Assembly: GCA_013239625.1 (NCBI GenBank)
Contig: MU053584.1
Location: 56,809 to 76,808, forward strand
DNA from: Lama guanicoe
Taxonomy: Eukaryota
Direction of reading: 5' to 3'
Length of the DNA stretch: 20,000 nt
The translations under genes and the position numbers were made by a program. This document shows, in pieces, positions 1 to 10,029 of this stretch (position 1 is its first letter; every line of letters starts with the position of its first letter). A model generated the notes under the pieces. That model saw nothing but the letters and a program-made list of their open reading frames with translations, ran no database searches and was not told the DNA's origin.

Positions 1-101
1 TGGACTTCTAGGATTGGTTAACTGTTTACAGAATAAATAATGTCTAGGCTAATTACTAACTGGGAAAATCAGGTAAAAAGATGGTAAAATCTCATTCATT
101 G

Positions 102-1995
102 ATTTTTATTTTTACATTTAAAATTTCAGTATTAGTAAAGCATAATTGACAGACACGTGTAGAAAACATACTGTATGTCACAGTGGTTTGATACACATAC
201 TCACAGTAACAGGATTCTCTCCATGTAGTTAATTAACACACATCAGCTCAAATATTTGTCTTTTTTGTTGTTGTTGTTGGTTGAGAAGACATAGTTTCTA
301 CTCTTAAAAAGCATTAATTATACAGTAAGTGTTGTCAACTATAGTCACCATATGTAACATTAGATCCTCAAAGCTTATTCTTCTCATTGCTGAAAGTTTC
401 TAGCCTTTTACCAGCCTCTCATTATTTCCCCACCCTCCATTCACTGGCAGTCACTTTTCTACTCTCTATTTCTTTGAAATTCACTTTTTCTTTTTTAGAT
501 TTCTCATCTGCCTGATACCACGCAGTCTGGCTTATTTATTTTGCATAATGCCCTCAAGTTCCATCCGTGTTGTTTGGAAAATAGGAGGCTTTCCTTCTTT
601 GTCATGGCTGGTTAATATTCCACTTGAGTGTGTGTGACTTCCATATCCGTGCATCCTTGGGTGGTCATTTAGTTTCTGTCTCTTGACTATCGGGAATAAT
701 GCCGCATGACAATGGGTGTGCAGATACCTCTCTGAATTCTGTTTTCACTTTCTGTGGATGTACACCCAGAAGTGGAATTGCTGAATCATATGATAGTTCT
801 GTTTTTAATTTTTTTTAAGGAACCTCCATACTGTTTTCCATAATGGCTATACGAACTTACATTTCCACCAACAGTGTATGTGGGTTTCCTAATCTCTGCA
901 TCCTCTCCAACTCAGGTTGTGTCTGTCTTTTTGATGACAGCCACTCTAACGGGTGTGAGGTGATACCTCTTTGTCACTTTGATGTGCATTTCCCTGATGA
1001 TTAGTGACGTGGAGCAGCATTTTATGTCCCTACTGGCCATTTGTATGTCTTCTTTGGAAAAATATTTATTCAGTTCCTTTGCACATTTATTAATCATATT
1101 GTTTGTTTTTTTGGATTGAGTTGTATGAGTTCGTGTATTTTGGATATTAGTCCTTATCAGTGATATAATTTGCCAATATTTTTTCTCATTCCATAGGTTG
1201 CCTTTTCATTTTTTATTATTCTGTTTGCCGTGCAGAAATTGTGAAGTTTGATGTAGTTACTTATTTTTGCTTGTATTGTCTTTGCTTTTGGTGTGAAATT
1301 TGAAGAATCATAACCAAGATCAATGTCAAGAAATTTACTGATGTGTTTTCTCATAGGAGTTTGATAATTTCAGGTTTTCCGTTCAAATCTTTAAACCATT
1401 TTGGTTGATTTTTGTCAATGGTATAAAATAGGGTCTGGTTTCACTCTTTGCAGGTTTCTGTCCATTTTGTTCAACACCATTGATTGAAGAGGCTGTCCTT
1501 TCCCCACACCCTTCTTGGCTTCTTGGTCATAAACCAATTGATCACTGATATGCAGGTTTAATTCTGGGCTCTCTGTTCTATTGCGTTGATCTATTTGTCC
1601 TTATTAAGGTCTGTATTATATTGTTTTGATTATTGTAGCTCTGTAGCATTTTAAATCAACGTGATACCTTTAGCTTTGTTCATCTTTCTCAAGATTGTTT
1701 TTTAAGATTGCTACTTGGGTCTTTTGTGGCTTAATACACATTTTAGGATTGTTTGTTCTGTTTCTGGGGGATATCTCATTGGAATTTTAGTAGAGATTAC
1801 ATTGAACCTGTAGATTGCTTCAAGTGACATGAACATTTTAACAATATGAATTCTTCCAATCCACGAGCCCAAAATAACTTTTCATTTATTGTTGTCCTCA
1901 GTTTTTTCATCAGTGCCTTACAGTTAATAGTGTGAAGATCTCTCACCTTCTGTGTTAAGTTTATTCCTAGGTATTTTATTTTGATGCAATCATAA
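102..1995 (-). mobile_element. L1 LINE fragment (3' UTR plus 3' part of ORF2), L1MA-like, degenerate
   Basis: T-rich 3' end at ~102-115 followed by typical antisense L1 3' UTR/ORF2 text (cccagaagtggaattgctgaatcatatg, catttccaccaacagtgtatg, ctggccatttgtatgtcttctttggaaaaa). ORFs 912-1097 and 1157-1354 translate to ORF2 C-terminal remnants (FSKEDIQMA...[14 protein letters not shown]). Confidence 0.93.
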
Positions 1996-2236
1996 TTTAA
2001 GCTAAAGCTCAGGCTGCGTTTTGTGCAGCTCTTACCTCCATTGTATTGGATCGGCCCTCTGGCTGTTCAGCAGAGCACCATTTCCCAAGGGAGGTTGATC
2101 ACATAATGATCATGTAGTTTTATTGCTGTTTTGTTCAATATGAATGCTTTAATAAGTGGTTTTAAATAATACATAGTTTAAAGCTTATGTTATACATACT
2201 AAGTCTATATCTACTGTATATGTTTTATATAAATAC

Positions 2237-2298
2237 GTGTGTGTGTGTGAGTGTGTGTATACACACACACTCACACACACACACACACACACATACAC
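2237..2298. repeat. Compound (TG)n/(CA)n microsatellite
   Basis: Direct read: gtgtgtgtgtgtgagtgtgtgtat-acacacacactcacacacac... Confidence 0.95.
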
Positions 2299-2729
2299 TA
2301 AATATATTCATTTAGTACATTAGTAAGGTAGGTAGTTTCAAGAATCAAATACTGTCTTTTTGGTCCAAAACAAAACGCTGGTTTGACTAGTAACATTTAC
2401 TATACGCTGAATTTCTTCATTCTGGTAAGATAAGTGCAGTTTTCTCATTCATTCCATCAAGTTACTTGGTGAATCTCTACCTAGGAACAATCTGTTTCTT
2501 CTTAGGAAAGTCATTAAAAATTTTTTCGTGCCCTTGGTTGCCCTTCATGCACCCTCTCTTCCGTCTACAGTGTTAAATACTTCTAAAATTCCATAGTCCG
2601 CCATGCCTTAAAAAGAGAAGAAAGCCTCTTCCAACACTGAAGTATTTTATGTAGATGATCCAGCTTCTCATAAAGATTCTCTCTGATTATATAGCTTATT
2701 AAAAGTAGAGAATAACTTCACAGACTGCC

Positions 2730-3280
2730 TGAGAAAGACTGTCTTTACTCCACTGTATGTATTTGACTCATTTGTCAAAGATTAATTGACCAAAAGTTTG
2801 TGGATTTATTTCTGGGCTCTCTCTTCTGTTCCATTGATCCATATGTCTGGTTTTGTACCAATACCATGCTGTCTTGATGACTGTAGCTGTATAGGAATGT
2901 CTGAAGTCTGCGAGTCATTTCTACAGCTTCGTTCTTTTTCTTCAGTATTGCTTTGGCAATTCTGGGTCTTTTGTGATTCCATTTAAATTTTAGTATAATT
3001 TATTCTAGTTCTGTGAAAAGTGTCCTGGGTAATTTAATATGAATGGGATTTTAAAACTGTAGATTGCTTTGTGTAGTATGGCCATCTTAATATTAATTCT
3101 TTGAATCTAAGAACATGGGATGTCTTTCCATTTCTTTCGGTCATATTTAATTTCCTTAGTCAGTGTTTTGTGCTTCTCCACATACGTCTTTCACTTCCTT
3201 GGTCAGGTTTATTGCTAAATATTTTATTTTTTTGAATGCAATTTTAAAAGGGATTGTTTCTTTACTTTCCTTTTCTGATA
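2730..3280 (-). mobile_element. L1 ORF2 fragment
   Basis: Antisense L1 ORF2 text (tttatttctgggctctctcttctgttccattgatccatatgtctgg, gtagattgctttgtgtagtatggccatctt). Confidence 0.9.
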
Positions 3281-3528
3281 GAGATTTGCAGATACTAACT
3301 GATACGTATAGAAAAGATAAACAAGTTCATGCTGTATCTCGCAGGGAACTATATCCAATACATTGCAGTAACTTATGATGAAACAGAATATGAAAACAAA
3401 TACACGTATGTTCATATATGAGTGAAGCATTGTGCTTTGCACCAGAAATTGACACAACATTGTGAACTTACTATCCTTCAATAATATATGTGTGTATGTA
3501 TGTGTGTGTGTGTGTACACATATACACA
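3281..3528 (+). mobile_element. L1 3' end (camelid/artiodactyl type) with microsatellite-converted tail
   Basis: gagatttgcagatac...accagaaattgacacaacattgtgaacttactatccttcaataa, followed by a (TA/TG/CA) tail. Confidence 0.88.
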
Positions 3529-4369
3529 AACAATAAGACAGGATCCCAGGAGGCCTCAGTGCACTTGTCCCAGCCCTTAGAAACCATGATTATGTGGCAA
3601 AGTCCCCATTTAGCATATATCCAGTATTGACCAGATGACATTCAAACAATTCAGTGCAAATTCTTTCCAATCCTGGCATTGCCCAGGTGTCCTTGACCCT
3701 CACTGGCAGGTGGGCACAAATGGACTCACGTGCACATTGACAGTGGGATCTCACCGGCTTGAGCAGGAATGTGCGCAGGAACTCCCTTTGCAAGATAATC
3801 TTGGGAGGCCTCAAGAAAGTGGTTTCCCAGCGTCCACACCCATCTAGGCATTGCCAGCAGTCCTATCTCTGGCCATCTCTCTAGTTGCAGCTCTACCACT
3901 GAGGTACCACTATGCCTAGCTGTGTGCCCACCAGCAGCATCGGTCCTTAAGAGCTCAGCTGTTTCTGGAAGGGGGAAGACAAACATTCCCTCCCTTGGTG
4001 GTAAACTCAGTTATAGGGGTCTCAGGCTGGGTTGCTCAGGCCCTGGATGTCAGTGAATTACTGAGATGACATTTGTTCACCCACGCTCTCCACTGGATCG
4101 GGGGAGCTCAGGCAGTTCAGCTGCAGTAGTAGCTATTCCACTGGCCCTAAACTCCTATTCTGCACCCAACCACAGCAGACCTGGGCTGGCCGTGCACCGG
4201 GGGCCTGGCCTTCATATACCCTATTCCTGAAGTTAGGTGATTCTCTGCCCATCTTGTATGCTCTGACCTCTAACCAAGGGATCCCAATATATATCTCATC
4301 TGCACAACACACTGACCAAACTTCAGCTCCAGCCCAGTTTCCCCATTGCCTGAAACCATCTTAGTGCTT

Positions 4370-4480
4370 AGTATTATTATCCTGGTTTAATTTTTTTTTT
4401 AAGATAAACTGAAGCCTAGTAGGTTTTAAGTAGCTTTTCAGAGATGATATAGGAAGCAGTGGAACAGGAATTGAAAACTT
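4370..4480 (-). mobile_element. MIR SINE fragment
   Basis: tattattatcc...aaactgaagcctag...aagtagcttttcagagatgatatagg resembles the antisense MIR core. Confidence 0.65.
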
Positions 4481-4867
4481 GATATCTCTTGAGAGAACTT
4501 GAACGTCTTTGTCCTTCTCACTCCTGCATGTTGTACCCAGATGCCTGTTACTCTGTCTGACTTTCCCTCATCACCTGGGGAAGGCTTACTCTAACCTGTC
4601 CCAAGAGCAAACCCCAGATGCCCACTACAGAGAGACTAAGGTAGGGGTGGAGCGAAAGGGCTAAGCAGAGGACAGAAGGAGCCAGTGAGCCTGGGAGTGG
4701 GGCCTCGACTGCCACTGAAGTCACCGGCAGGGAGAGGGACTAGAAAGGTCTGTCTTCAGGGACTCCCTGCCCTCCCAAATGGTGCGCTGGCATGGGCTGC
4801 TAGTGCTCATTGCCAAAGTCAAACACAGACAAGCTACGGAGGTGAGAAGAAACTAACAGAAATCATA

Positions 4868-5110
4868 CGCTTCTGGTTTCTAGTCTAGGGTACGAGGAGC
4901 TTGGAAGTCATCCCTCCCATCCTCAAAACAAGAAAAGATGAACAGACCGAAAAGAAACAACTCTTCCTAGACCCATCAGAGAACTGAGGTCACAGGGCAA
5001 ACCACTGCCCTGAGAATTGGAGAAGCAGGCAGATGCTTTATACGGTATTATCAGAGAAGCCCAGGCCCAGTGTAGGCAGGGACTGGAACCAGCACTGTGA
5101 CACGCAGGCC
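4868..5110 (+). mobile_element. Old L1 5'-end fragment (L1MD/L1M-like)
   Basis: gcttggaagtc...aacaactcttcctagacccatcagagaactgaggtcacagggcaaaccactgccc matches the recalled L1MD-type 5' region. Confidence 0.7.
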
Positions 5111-5399
5111 CCAGGTCCAGCTTCTCCACGGGATGAGCATTCCAGATGAGGGGAGCACTCCAGATGAGGGAAGCACCAGCCTCTCTCCTGCTGGTCAGGG
5201 CTGGCACAAGCTGTGGTTGCCGCTGTAATGCTCAGCAGACCCATGGCTGAGTCAATGAGTAGCACTTACCAGCCTTGACACCTGTGTGCCTTGGCTGCGG
5301 TCAGTGCCCATGAAGTCTTGAGGAAGGCCAGTCTTCCTCCTGCAGGGAGGCAATCTTCAATAAGTAAACCTTGCCCTCTCGTTACTTCAAGAATCAAAA

Positions 5400-6135
5400 C
5401 CCAGCCATGACAATCTCAGGTATACAGCTATGAGAAATGAAAACATATTTCCCCACAAAAGCTTGTATACAAATATTCACAGCAGAACCTTATGATATAA
5501 TGCATAATTGTGAGAAAAGTGGGAAATAAGGTATATTTTCATTTTTGCTTGTATCTGAAACATTGGAAATACCATATAAGAAACGAAGTAGTTATCTAAT
5601 GATGGTAGGGGAACTAAGGTGTCATAAGGGTGGAAGTGAAACTTCTCAATGTACAGCATTCTGTTATTTTAACTTTAAATTGTGAATGTGTTCTAAATTT
5701 GAAACATGTTTAGAAAACCATAGGAATTATAGTCACCAACTATACTTGAAATATTGGAAGCATGAACAATGTTTTTAAAATATATAACTATTCAAAATTT
5801 GAGTTGGGGAGAACAGTGGTAGAAGAGAATCTGTTAAATTTTCAAAACAGACTCAATAGATAATTTCTAAATTGGAAATACAGAATTTAGAAAATACATA
5901 ATGTCTTTAATTTATTTCACAACCTCTTAATGCATTTCATAATTTTATTTACTTACTGATTTCCCATCACAAAGATACATTCATTTGAAATGCAGTAATT
6001 TCTCCAGTTTTGTTTTAGTTTTTTTCTTCTATTAAGTTCAAATAAAATTACAATGAACAATTTTGGTGTAAAAAAAAAACTTGTATACAAATATTCATAG
6101 CAGAATTAATCCTAATAGGCAAAAAGGTTACAAAT
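5400..6135 (+). mobile_element. Old L1M ORF2 3' fragment (5400-5487, resuming 6080-6135) interrupted by a polyadenylated insert
   Basis: gagaaatgaaaacatatttccccacaaaa(g)cttgtatacaaatattcacagcag continues after the insert as ...catagcagaattaatcctaataggcaaaaagg, colinear with the L1M consensus. Confidence 0.8.
5488..6079 (+). other. Retroposed polyadenylated RNA fragment (3' UTR retrocopy or orphan transduction)
   Basis: AATAAA at 6041-6046 and A10 at 6070-6079. Flanking direct repeat cttgtatacaaatattca(c/t)agcagaa at 5462-5487 and 6080-6105 (25/26 identical). Confidence 0.8.
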
Positions 6136-6144
6136 CTGTAGGGA

Positions 6145-7060
6145 CACCAGACCCGCCCCCGGGGACACGAGAGCCAATCCGAGTGCACGCTTCCTGGCCC
6201 CGCCCCTCCCTCCACCCACCCTAAGGTCAGTTTGCCAGGCGGTCAGGCGGCAGCATGTCGGAGCAGCTGGCGGTTCTGCGGTTCTCGCGAGCAGCGCCGG
6301 CCTTGCTCCCTCCGGCCAGCGGCGGCGGCGGCGGCAGCGCAGTCCCTCCGGGAGGCGCGGTGTTGGCCGAGCGGCGGCCGCGGAGCTTCTTGTCCAGCGC
6401 GGCGGCGGCGGCGGTGCGGCCCCGAGATGGTGCGTGGGCAGGTGTTCGACGTGGGCGGCGCTCCAGCAACCTGCTACACCGGCGAGGGCTCCCCCGGCGT
6501 CCTGTGGTGAGTGTCCGCGCCCCGCCTGCCGGCCGCGCCCGCCCGCGCGTTCCCCCGTCCGGCATCGGCGGGCGCAGCTGCGGCGTAGGCCCCGAACCCG
6601 CGACCCCAACCGCGAGCCCGGCCCCAACCCCAGCAGGATTGCCCCGCCGTCCGCGCACCGGGGGTCTCGGGCGGAGCCAGGCGGCTCGCGCTGGGGCGTT
6701 ACTCGTGGCGCTTCCCGGGCCGGCCCTCGCTGGGCGCGTTGAGTAGGGGAGTGGCGAGGGGGTGGGAGGTGGAGGCCGGGACCCGGGCACTCAGGGACTC
6801 TGAGGACCGTAACAGGGCCCCGACCCCCGGGTGCTCCCCGCGCGGCTTTCCCTTGACGTCCGACTGGGAAGCCAGTAAGTCCTGAGAAGCTCGCGGCGGG
6901 GCCGTGGTCTGGAAAGCGGTCGGCAGCGGCGTGTGTGCACAGCCCCGAAATCATCTTGTTTGCCCCCCTCGCCTGCGTTTTCCGCGGCCGGCTTTGCTTG
7001 AGCCCCTTCCGTGCTGCCAGGGCTGCTCTCCTGCGCAGCCTTTCTAAGCAGTATGAGCGG
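6145..7060 (+). promoter_or_regulatory. CpG island / TATA-less promoter derived from the MAPK1 5' region
   Basis: Very GC- and CpG-dense ~900 bp. GC boxes at ~6153-6158 and ~6198-6206, CCAAT at 6174-6178, ETS-like cttcc at 6190-6194. Confidence 0.9.
6200..6512 (+). pseudogene. MAPK1: Unprocessed duplicate of MAPK1 (ERK2) exon 1 (5' UTR plus degenerate coding part) with intact splice donor
   Basis: Translates as [23 protein letters not shown] versus ERK2 [31 protein letters not shown]. Upstream blocks resemble the recalled MAPK1 5' UTR (gcccctccctcc, gcgcagtccct.cgggagg, gagcggcggccgc). Ends TG|GTGAGT at 6506/6507, the same position and phase as MAPK1 exon 1. Start ATG is absent and there are indels. 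Confidence 0.92.
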
Positions 7061-7594
7061 CTGTAGTGTTGGTGTGGAGTGTTTCAATCTTGAAGTTTTA
7101 AAGTGGATGTTGATGTGGTACTGTTCCCGCTTCAGGAAGGATAAGTCGGCGTTCCTGTCTTGATTTCTGCAGGGGTCGTTTGGAGTTGGGCCTAATTTGA
7201 CTTTTTTCTCCTTTTACCGCGTGTGAGCTCTGGTACTAGCATAAAGGCACCTAGACGTTGTAATACAATGGCTGTGGACTTTCCCAGTTACTCCTTTAGT
7301 GCTCAGTGTGTATGCAGCCCTGATGGAGTTCTTGCAAACCGCATACAGGCTCCCTTGTGTGGCTCCAGATCCCTGAGAAGCGTTTGTCGAACGGGGGGGA
7401 AGGTGTGTTTTGTTTTGTTTTGTTTTGTTTAGAACCAGCTACCTGTCATATTTTGTGCTGACGGAGACTTGTGGATGTGTAGGCTCCCTTACACCTTAAC
7501 TTTCATGTGAGTGTGTCTTTCGTGTTGAATGAAGGAAGCAAACTATTTACGAAAATTCGTGTCCACCGCCTTGCGGAGAGGGAAGGGCAGGTCT

Positions 7595-7690
7595 CTTCTT
7601 CAGATGAGAATGTATTTCGAGGTGAAGCCGGTTCCTAAGGTCGCACAACTAGAGTCGGACTTGAGGTTGCAGACTGAGAATCTGTTTCAG
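7595..7690 (-). mobile_element. MIR SINE fragment
   Basis: cagatgagaa...gaggtgaagccggttcctaaggtcgcacaactag resembles the antisense MIR core. Confidence 0.6.
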
Positions 7691-7954
7691 TTGCGGGACC
7701 CCTTTTTAAACTCCGTTTTCCTTAATTAGTGTTGTTAACAATTTTGGAAGTTTAGTGTATTTTACTCTTACAAGCAGATTTATTTCAGAAACGTGTTCGA
7801 ATTAGGTCATAATTTTAGAAATGCATTGAGGGAATGTTTTACCAAGTATGCTAGCTAGGTACAAAGACTAGTTAAACTTCATTAAAAAAAAAATTTTTCA
7901 TCCTCTTCAGGAACAGAGTGCTTCACAGCACTCTGAATGACTGGACCTGACAAA

Positions 7955-8370
7955 CAGTCTAAGTGAAAGAAGCCGACTTTAATGGCCACATGTTGTATGA
8001 TTGCATTCATGTGGAAGTCCAGAATAGGGAAACCTGCAGAGACAGTAAGAGGGTTAGTGGTTGTTGGGGCATAGACATGGAGACAGGGCATAATAGCTAA
8101 AGGATATGGGGTTTCCTTTGGAGGTAATGAAAATGTTGTAATATGTATTGTGACGATGATGACAAAAATCTATGACTATGCTGAAAACCGTGAAATTATA
8201 CACTTAAAGTGGGGGGATTATATGACATGTGAATGTCTTAATAAAGTTTTCATTTAAAAAATGAGCTGAAGCAAATATGGGAAAATGTTAACATTGTGTG
8301 ATATCTAGGTGTTGGCTCTACTGTTTCTATTGCATTTTTCTATTTTTGTGTATGGTTGAAACATTGCTAT
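7955..8370 (+). mobile_element. L1MB-type 3' end plus an adjacent older L1 3' fragment
   Basis: ctaagtgaaagaagcc...tgtatgattgcattcatgtggaagtccagaatagg...ggggtttcctttggaggtaatgaaaatgtt...aataaag. Confidence 0.85.
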
Positions 8371-8584
8371 TCAAAGTGCTGGCTCTTACAGAAGCCTGCA
8401 TTCAGGGGGAGGAGGAGTAAAAGCAATTTCAGGATCATTTTTAATGAATGAATTGGTGATCTCCAGATGATTGGCTTTTTACTCTCTTACAACATTGCAA
8501 AACACATCTTATTAGTTACATTTGAAGTTTTTTAGACCCATGTGTAAGAATGGTTATTCATTTCCCCCTTAAAAGCACAAATAA

Positions 8585-9230
8585 GTATTATTTTTATTTA
8601 GTTTAAAACCATCTGAAATTTACAGAATTCCAAGTACAATATAAAGAACTTTTTTTTATTAACTCCCATTTGGGAGTGAGTTACCAACCTGATGCCCTAT
8701 CACCCCCAAAGACTTAATGGGGTACTTCGTTCATCTTCCTACATAATCACAACACAACCATCAAAATAAGAAAGTGAACATAAATCATTCATATTACCCA
8801 ATCCTGAAACCTTTATTAAATTTCATCAATCATTCCAGTAATATCCTTTATAGTAAAAAAAAAAAAAGATACACTTCAGAATGTGTTGCTAAGCAGTAGA
8901 GTGGGTGCTTAGCGTGCACAAGGTCCTAGGTTCAATCCCCAGTACCTCCAATAAAAAATAAAATTAATTTTAATGTTAAAATACATAAAGAAACCTAATT
9001 ACCTCCCCCCCAAAACCAAAACAAAGAATGTGTGTTGCATTTGTCACATCTCTTTAGTGTCCTTTAGTCAGAAAAGTTTTTTCAGTCTTTCTTTGACTTT
9101 CATGACCTTGATACTTTTGAAGACTGCAGCCAATTATTTTGTGCAATAGCCTTCAGTTTGGCAGGAACATCACCACCAAAAGTGATGCCGTGTTCTTCAT
9201 GCACCTCATCAGGTGACACTCAGCTTCAGG
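8585..9230 (-). mobile_element. L1MC4/5-like 3' end fragment (interrupted by a SINE)
   Basis: cctacataatcacaacacaaccatcaaaataagaaa...tctttgactttcatgaccttgatacttttgaagactgcagccaattattttgt. Confidence 0.75.
8889..9025 (+). mobile_element. tRNA-derived SINE, camelid Vic-1-like, 5'-truncated
   Basis: gtagagtgggtgcttagcgtgcacaaggtcctaggttcaatccccagtacctcc (B box ggttcaatccc), A-rich linker, aaacctaattacctccccccc tail. Approximate TSD agaatgtg(tg)ttgc on both sides. Confidence 0.88.
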
Positions 9231-9269
9231 AGCACAACCAGCCATCCCGTGCCTTCCATCTTAAAGTTT

Positions 9270-9720
9270 TAACACAGTCTGTGATCCTTTTCTTCTTGTG
9301 TATTGTCTCAGTTTTCTCCAGGTTTTCTTTTTTGCTTTCATCTTAGACTTTTGTCAAATGTCTGGTGATCCTGGGCTGTCCATTCAGAAGGAAAGGCTTG
9401 GTTTCCACTTTACCCTGTGCCCACGCCTTCAGGGGCGACTAGTGACTTCATTTCTGACCTTTTCTAGGGTTTCACCATCAGGGGTTGGCTGGTTATTGCT
9501 GAACGCTCTGCCGCAGGAACTTAGGTTTAGCGCCATTTTTTCTTAGTTACTCCTTGTCTATCAACGTTCTGTCTTCTAGAGTTTTCTGACATCTCCTCTG
9601 TAGTCACTTCATCTCCTGTTCTCTTTGTACTTTTTATGCCTTTTTATTCCTTTGTTATTTTAGGGGGTTTTGAGACGAAGTGAAGACAAACATTTTTAAA
9701 TCATAGTCTACATTTTTTAA
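9270..9720 (-). mobile_element. Ancient L1 (L1ME-like) 5' fragments
   Basis: tttgtcaaatgtctggtgatcctgggctgtccattca and ctcctgttctctttgt...ttttagggggttttgag resemble the antisense L1ME 5' end. Confidence 0.5.
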
Positions 9721-9829
9721 TGAACATTTATTTTCATTTATTTTTAATTTATGTAAATGGTTGTTAACATTCTCATTTTTGGGTGAGGAGATTTCGTCTT
9801 CGTTTTACATTTCTAATTTTGGTAGCTAT

Positions 9830-10013
9830 TAAAAGGTACAAACTATTATGTATAAAATAAATGTTACAAGGATTTATTGTACAGCACAGGAATACAGCCA
9901 GTATTTTATAATCACTTTAAATGAAGTATAATCTACAAAAATATAGACTCACTATGTGGTACTCCTGAAACTAATATAATCTTGTACATTAACCACACTT
10001 CAATACAAAAAAT
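9830..10013 (+). mobile_element. Short L1 3' end (artiodactyl type)
   Basis: ggtacaaactattatgtataaaataa...tgtacagcacagg...cctgaaactaatataatcttgtacattaaccacacttcaatacaaaaaa. Confidence 0.88.
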
Positions 10014-10029
10014 ACACCCATCATGTCAT

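Noticed and set aside
1..80. Exon ending at cag|gtaaaa (72/73)
   Set aside because: Stops in all three frames, weak donor, cut by the window edge.
2000..2107. H/ACA snoRNA (AGAGCA box at ~2072, ACA at ~2101)
   Set aside because: Only ~25 nt between the H and ACA boxes, too short for the second hairpin; no recognised family.
2730..3528. Single twin-primed L1 insertion
   Set aside because: Opposite-orientation L1 pieces abut, but no TSD was found and more than 1 kb of intervening L1 would be missing; unresolved.
5135..5177. 18-bp tandem repeat gagca(t/c)tccagatgaggg
   Set aside because: Only ~2.3 copies with no spacers; ordinary local duplication, not an array of interest.
6200..6512. The functional MAPK1 gene
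   Set aside because: Start ATG missing, several indels and many amino-acid changes in a nearly invariant protein, and unrelated gene fragments downstream.
6200..6512. Processed (retro) MAPK1 pseudogene
   Set aside because: Homology stops at a GTGAGT donor with no exon 2 sequence, and promoter motifs are present upstream.
6112..6954. 280-aa and 187-aa minus-strand ORFs as genes
   Set aside because: Low-complexity Arg/Pro/Gly/Ala ORFs expected from stop-codon scarcity in a CpG island; no recognisable domain.
8889..8950. tRNA gene
   Set aside because: 5'-truncated tRNA-like head followed by a SINE-specific tail and TSD.
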